This document shows, one piece after another, positions 60,155 through 64,000 of a stretch of 64,000 nucleotides of DNA. The position numbers and the translations under genes are program-made. The DNA lies in assembly GCA_050246755.1 (NCBI GenBank), contig JBFWVL010000003.1, positions 96,001 to 160,000 on the forward strand, in the 5' to 3' direction. Every line of letters starts with the position of its first letter. The first letter of the stretch is position 1. The stretch comes from Bacteriovoracia bacterium. GTDB lineage: Bacteria; Bdellovibrionota; UBA1018; CAIPTA01. The notes beneath the pieces are model-generated. The model had not been told where the DNA came from. It made no database searches and saw nothing but the letters and a program-made list of their open reading frames with translations.

Positions 60155-60895
60155 CTAGCGCTTGCCGGGAACGGAAGAAATCATCCGATTGGCAGTCGGC
60201 TTCGTGGGATCGCCCTCAAAGCCAGGCAAACCAGCGGAAGCCAGGCGTCCATAAGACTGAGCGGCGCCGCTATAGTAGCTGGCCACGTCGTCCCGCGCGG
60301 CGATCACGCGCAGAGTTTCTTGGGCCATACGGATAGTTTTCTCCTCGAATAGCCCGCTCTCCACGGTGCGCTGGGAAAGCTTCTCGAGAGCAACCACCGC
60401 GGTTTCCCGCAATAAAACATGATTCGTATCTTCCTGGGCGATCTCGCTAAGCGCGCGAAAAAAATCTCCCTCAAGGCGGGTCACGGGAACTATTTCGTCC
60501 ATGGACTTCACGGCCTGGGCAATCGCCATCAGGCTGGAAGCCGAGCGGCTAGAGAGAGTGCGATCGAGGTTCTCTTTCTCTTCCTGATTCATACTGGGGG
60601 CGTTTACGCCCTCCACTTGCACCGTGCGGCGCAGAGGAGCCTTCGCGAAGGCTTCGATCAAATCTTCGCGGAGGAAAAGATCTTCTTTGGGGTCGCGAAT
60701 AATATGTAAAACGGCGCGGGCCACTTCGTTTTTCTCGAGCTGGCCTTCCATCAGGCATATGCCAGCTTGAGAGCGGAGCCCGGGTGAGGCCTTGGAATTT
60801 TTCAGGGTGGCGAGGGAAAGGGCCGGACAGCTCCCGGCGCCGTGAGCGGCCGGTAGCAGCAAAAAACTGGCGACGAGTAAGTAGCGGATGGACAC
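60155..60895 (-). CDS. Secreted helical (HEAT-like) hypothetical protein
   Basis: Signal peptide; repeated D..LLRE..(A/V).AL helices. Confidence 0.65.
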   Translation of the reverse strand: MSIRYLLVASFLLLPAAHGAGSCPALSLATLKNSKASPGLRSQAGICLMEGQLEKNEVARAVLHIIRDPKEDLFLREDLIEAFAKAPLRRTVQVEGVNAPSMNQEEKENLDRTLSSRSASSLMAIAQAVKSMDEIVPVTRLEGDFFRALSEIAQEDTNHVLLRETAVVALEKLSQRTVESGLFEEKTIRMAQETLRVIAARDDVASYYSGAAQSYGRLASAGLPGFEGDPTKPTANRMISSVPGKR

Positions 60896-61031
60896 GAAAA
60901 ATTCCCCCTACCGGGAGAAATGCAAGACCAGAACCGATTTCCTAGTGGATTCAAGCTGATGAAATCAGTGGTGTCCGGATGGAGACAGGGGAAGGAAATT
61001 CTGGCGAACTAGTGGACGGCGCCCAGGGCTT

Positions 61032-61751
61032 TTACAGCCCCAACCCCGCCGTATCGAGCTCCAGCAGCTCGTGCATGGGCAGCTGCGAAAGCGCGACCGC
61101 GAACACGATACAAATCAACAGCACGCCCAAGAAGAGCAAGATATAGGGCGCCAGCACGATCGCGGTGGCGCGGCGGTTGCTGAGGGCGAAACGCTCGCGG
61201 ATGCCGGTCACGAGCAGCACGATGGTCACGGAAAAAGAAATGAATCCCCCTACCAGCGGCACCACGCCGAACCAGCGGCCGGAGGTGGCCACGGCCTGGA
61301 TGCGCAGCACGTTCGTGAAGGTCACGCGGTCGGGACCGCCGTTTTCGTCTTCCACCAGCAAGCGGGTAAATAAATATACCACTAGGCCGCCGAAAAAAAT
61401 ACGGGCGAGCAGAAGGAACGGCGTGAGCAGCAGAAGCCCGGCCGCCCAAAGGAAGGAATTGGGGCTGAGCGCGAGAAACGAAAAGCCGCTTTCACTCACG
61501 AGCAATTTCTGCACCCAGCGCTCGAAGAGGCGGGCCAAGAAAAAGGAATTGAAGGTACGCACGAAAAAGGCCACCAGGGCCGCGAGCCAGCCATTGGTGA
61601 GCCCGAAGGCAATGGCCGAAGATCCTTCGAGCCGCGGAAAATCCTCGTGAAAAAAGCGGGTCGGGTTCAGGAATAAGGTTCCGGTACGCCGGAGGAAAGC
61701 ACGTACGGGGCCGGGCTGGGGGCTAGTGGTCAGGGTGAGAATGTTCTCCAT
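61032..61751 (-). CDS. YIP1-family membrane protein
   Basis: LFLNPTRFF; about 5 TM; VPLVGG motif. Confidence 0.75.
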   Translation of the reverse strand: MENILTLTTSPQPGPVRAFLRRTGTLFLNPTRFFHEDFPRLEGSSAIAFGLTNGWLAALVAFFVRTFNSFFLARLFERWVQKLLVSESGFSFLALSPNSFLWAAGLLLLTPFLLLARIFFGGLVVYLFTRLLVEDENGGPDRVTFTNVLRIQAVATSGRWFGVVPLVGGFISFSVTIVLLVTGIRERFALSNRRATAIVLAPYILLFLGVLLICIVFAVALSQLPMHELLELDTAGLGL

Positions 61752-63204
61752 GTTTGCCCTCCTTCGCGGGTTCCGAGGTGATTACCTGTTTATTCGCCGA
61801 CTCGTAGAGGTCATGCAGGCGTACCGGCAGGAGTTTCAAAAAGGCTCCGCTGAGCACGGCGAGTTCGCCGGGCACGAGGCTTTCGGTGAGAATCTCTTGG
61901 CGCTTATGGATCGCGAAACGCATCCGGCGCTTGGGCTTGCCATCCGAGCGGAATTCCAGCTCGAGATCGGCCGGTAGCTTCGTGAAGGCCGTATACATGG
62001 GATCGGCAGAGATTTTTACCAAGTTGCTGGCCTCGATACTCGAGAGCACGCGCAGGAAGGAATCAATGCGATCGCGCGACAGGGCTTCGGTGGGTTTATC
62101 CCCGGAAGTATAGACCCAAGTTTGCGCTTCCGGCTTGAGCACGATTTCTTTTTTCTCTTTGGGAAAGATCAGCGCCACTTCCGTGGCACCCGAGAGCTCA
62201 TCGCCCACGATGAGGCGGCGCTCGCGGTATTCGATCAAGGGCTTGTTAAAACGCTCCAGCACGAGGCCGTCGATGGTGAGAAGGCGGGGCTCGCCGGCCT
62301 TAGCCACCACGAATTCCGTTCCACCCTTTTCCTTAGCCACGGAGTAGACCGTCACCCGGGACCACTCGCCCTTGGCGTTTGCGAAAGCGAGCGTCCAGGC
62401 GGGCTTTCCCGATAAAACTTTCTTCGCCGGGGCGCTCGAACGGCTCTCGCTGAATACGCCCTTCATATCGAGGTAAACAAGGGTGGTTGCTAGGCCTTCG
62501 ACCAAGATGGAATTGGCCGGCGCGGACACGGGAGACTCCAGTGTCCACACGTTGTTCTTTTTTGTGGCCGAAAATTTCTGGCCGGTTTTGTCGATCCACT
62601 CGATCGCGCTCACGTTGCCGCTCGCGCTTTCGGGGAAAATCCGTTTATTGCGCCAATGGAAAAGATCCTTCTGCAGCATGGCGGGAAAATAATTCGCCAC
62701 CATGAAAACGGTATTGGGCGAGCGGTTGGTTTGCACGTAGGCGCTGGAACCGATGGCCTTGGCGCTGCCTACTTTCAGGGCGTAGGGAACGGCATCCCCT
62801 TTCACCTGAAACTCGAGCTCGGCGCTGGGAGTGTCGAAGCCGTATTCTTTAGGATCGGTGCCGGCATCAAGCTCGAACTTTTCGGTCTGCGTGAGGCTCA
62901 TGATGGAACCGGCCAGAGCGCCCACGCTCGCGGGGTCGGCCCTTTCCTGCACGGGCTGGGTAACGAGCCAATCGCTCGTGCCATCGAAGGTGCAGCCCTC
63001 GGGTTTGGCGCAGGCGAGCTCCACCTCGGTTTTTCCCGCGTGGACTTTTATTTTCTCCAGAAGCTTATCTTTCAGCCAAAAAACGCGGCTCTCCTGCTCT
63101 TTTTTTAGCTCCGCCTTGTCGCGGGTATGCAGGGGATCGAAGAGCGCGAAGGTGCCGAGCACGATAAAGGCAAGCATTAGGACAAGAGAAGTCTTGAGGC
63201 CCAT
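61723..63204 (-). CDS. DUF4340 domain protein
   Basis: N-terminal TM; repeated W...PV..PA and YGFDTP motifs, WRNKRIF; TAATG overlap with the GldG-like gene. Confidence 0.8.
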   Translation of the reverse strand: MGLKTSLVLMLAFIVLGTFALFDPLHTRDKAELKKEQESRVFWLKDKLLEKIKVHAGKTEVELACAKPEGCTFDGTSDWLVTQPVQERADPASVGALAGSIMSLTQTEKFELDAGTDPKEYGFDTPSAELEFQVKGDAVPYALKVGSAKAIGSSAYVQTNRSPNTVFMVANYFPAMLQKDLFHWRNKRIFPESASGNVSAIEWIDKTGQKFSATKKNNVWTLESPVSAPANSILVEGLATTLVYLDMKGVFSESRSSAPAKKVLSGKPAWTLAFANAKGEWSRVTVYSVAKEKGGTEFVVAKAGEPRLLTIDGLVLERFNKPLIEYRERRLIVGDELSGATEVALIFPKEKKEIVLKPEAQTWVYTSGDKPTEALSRDRIDSFLRVLSSIEASNLVKISADPMYTAFTKLPADLELEFRSDGKPKRRMRFAIHKRQEILTESLVPGELAVLSGAFLKLLPVRLHDLYESANKQVITSEPAKEGKHGEHSHPDH

Positions 63205-64000
63205 TATTTTTTCGTCCTGCGCCACCACACAACCACGCCGCAAATCACGATCGAAGCCGGGAGGAAAAATACGGTAACGAGCAAAATAAGATTGATCACG
63301 CTATTGGAAAACTGGCGAAGACCGTCGTCGTCTTCCTTCGGGCGGATGCTGATGAACTTTTCGTCATTGGCCAACCAGGCCACGCTATTGAGGAAGAGAT
63401 CGCGGTTGCCGAGCTTATCGATCATCGTATTCTGGGCGAAGGTGGAGGCACCGAAAACCACCAGGCGGGAACGCGGAGTTTTCGCAGGCTCTTCGGTGGG
63501 AGTGCCCACGGTAATTTCTTCCGCCGCCACGCCGAGGTTCATTACGCCGCGGAAATCCGTGCCCTGAGTGAAAGTCACGGATCCCTTCTTCAGGCTTTCC
63601 CAGTCGCTCTCGGCCCAGGCCTGGCCGGAAGTGGTCACGATCGGAGAAAATTTTTCATCTTCCTTTTCGCGAAACGTAATATGCGTGGTGAGGGGAAAGA
63701 GAAAATTAACCGCCAGCACCGACTGCACGCTCGATTGAGGAAAGGCGCGCACGATCGGGTGTTCGCGGGCATTGGCAAAACCGAAGAGGATTTGCGGCTC
63801 CACGTTGGCATTCTTATTCGTCGGATCCACGAGCATCTGGCCATGAAGATCCAAACCAAATGGCTTGATCAGCTCGGCCACCTGCTTACTACCCTTGGCG
63901 AGGCCGCTCTCCATGATGTCGAGCTCCGCGCTGAGCAATAGATGCCCATGGGCCTTGAGGTAGGCTCTGAGGATCTCGAGCTCCTTGGGAAAAAAGGCGG
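63204..64000 (-). CDS. GldG-family ABC auxiliary component (5' end outside the window)
   Basis: HPIV, AWAE, RLVVFG...NRDLFLNSVAWL...ISIRPK; C-terminal TM ending WWRR; frame open to the window edge. Confidence 0.82.
   Translation of the reverse strand, partial: AFFPKELEILRAYLKAHGHLLLSAELDIMESGLAKGSKQVAELIKPFGLDLHGQMLVDPTNKNANVEPQILFGFANAREHPIVRAFPQSSVQSVLAVNFLFPLTTHITFREKEDEKFSPIVTTSGQAWAESDWESLKKGSVTFTQGTDFRGVMNLGVAAEEITVGTPTEEPAKTPRSRLVVFGASTFAQNTMIDKLGNRDLFLNSVAWLANDEKFISIRPKEDDDGLRQFSNSVINLILLVTVFFLPASIVICGVVVWWRRTKK

Overview
Mostly core-chromosome DNA from a GC-rich bacterium. RomR, an spdEFG1-type EF-G, expanded YkuD_2 L,D-transpeptidases, a GldG/DUF4340 locus and many secreted hypotheticals suggest Bdellovibrionota/Oligoflexia or a related deltaproteobacterial lineage (inference). 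Housekeeping genes include fusA, pepP, an ABC-F, rarA, mltA, pruA, fadI/fadJ-like, lolC/E, tatA, selO, birA, nadC, trmB, groES/groEL and comEC. Several elements are not in the ORF track: tRNA-Asp(GTC) at 44719-44795, a 6S RNA at 46938-47111, a 38-aa basic ORF at 44834-44950, and an IS1-like element with TIRs and no target-site duplication at 30495-31466. The most notable observations are: (i) a recurring TTGAC-N7-GTCAA palindrome at four intergenic sites, three overlapping a -35 box upstream of envelope or secreted genes; (ii) a 6S RNA apparently leading an operon with a TPR-winged-helix regulator; (iii) two tandem paralogous lipoproteins with 14 aligned cysteines each; (iv) a peptidoglycan-remodelling cluster of MltA plus three L,D-transpeptidases; (v) an AT-rich AbiJ-like gene next to the tRNA. 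All calls come from reading motifs by eye; no database searches were run. No CRISPR array or prophage was seen.
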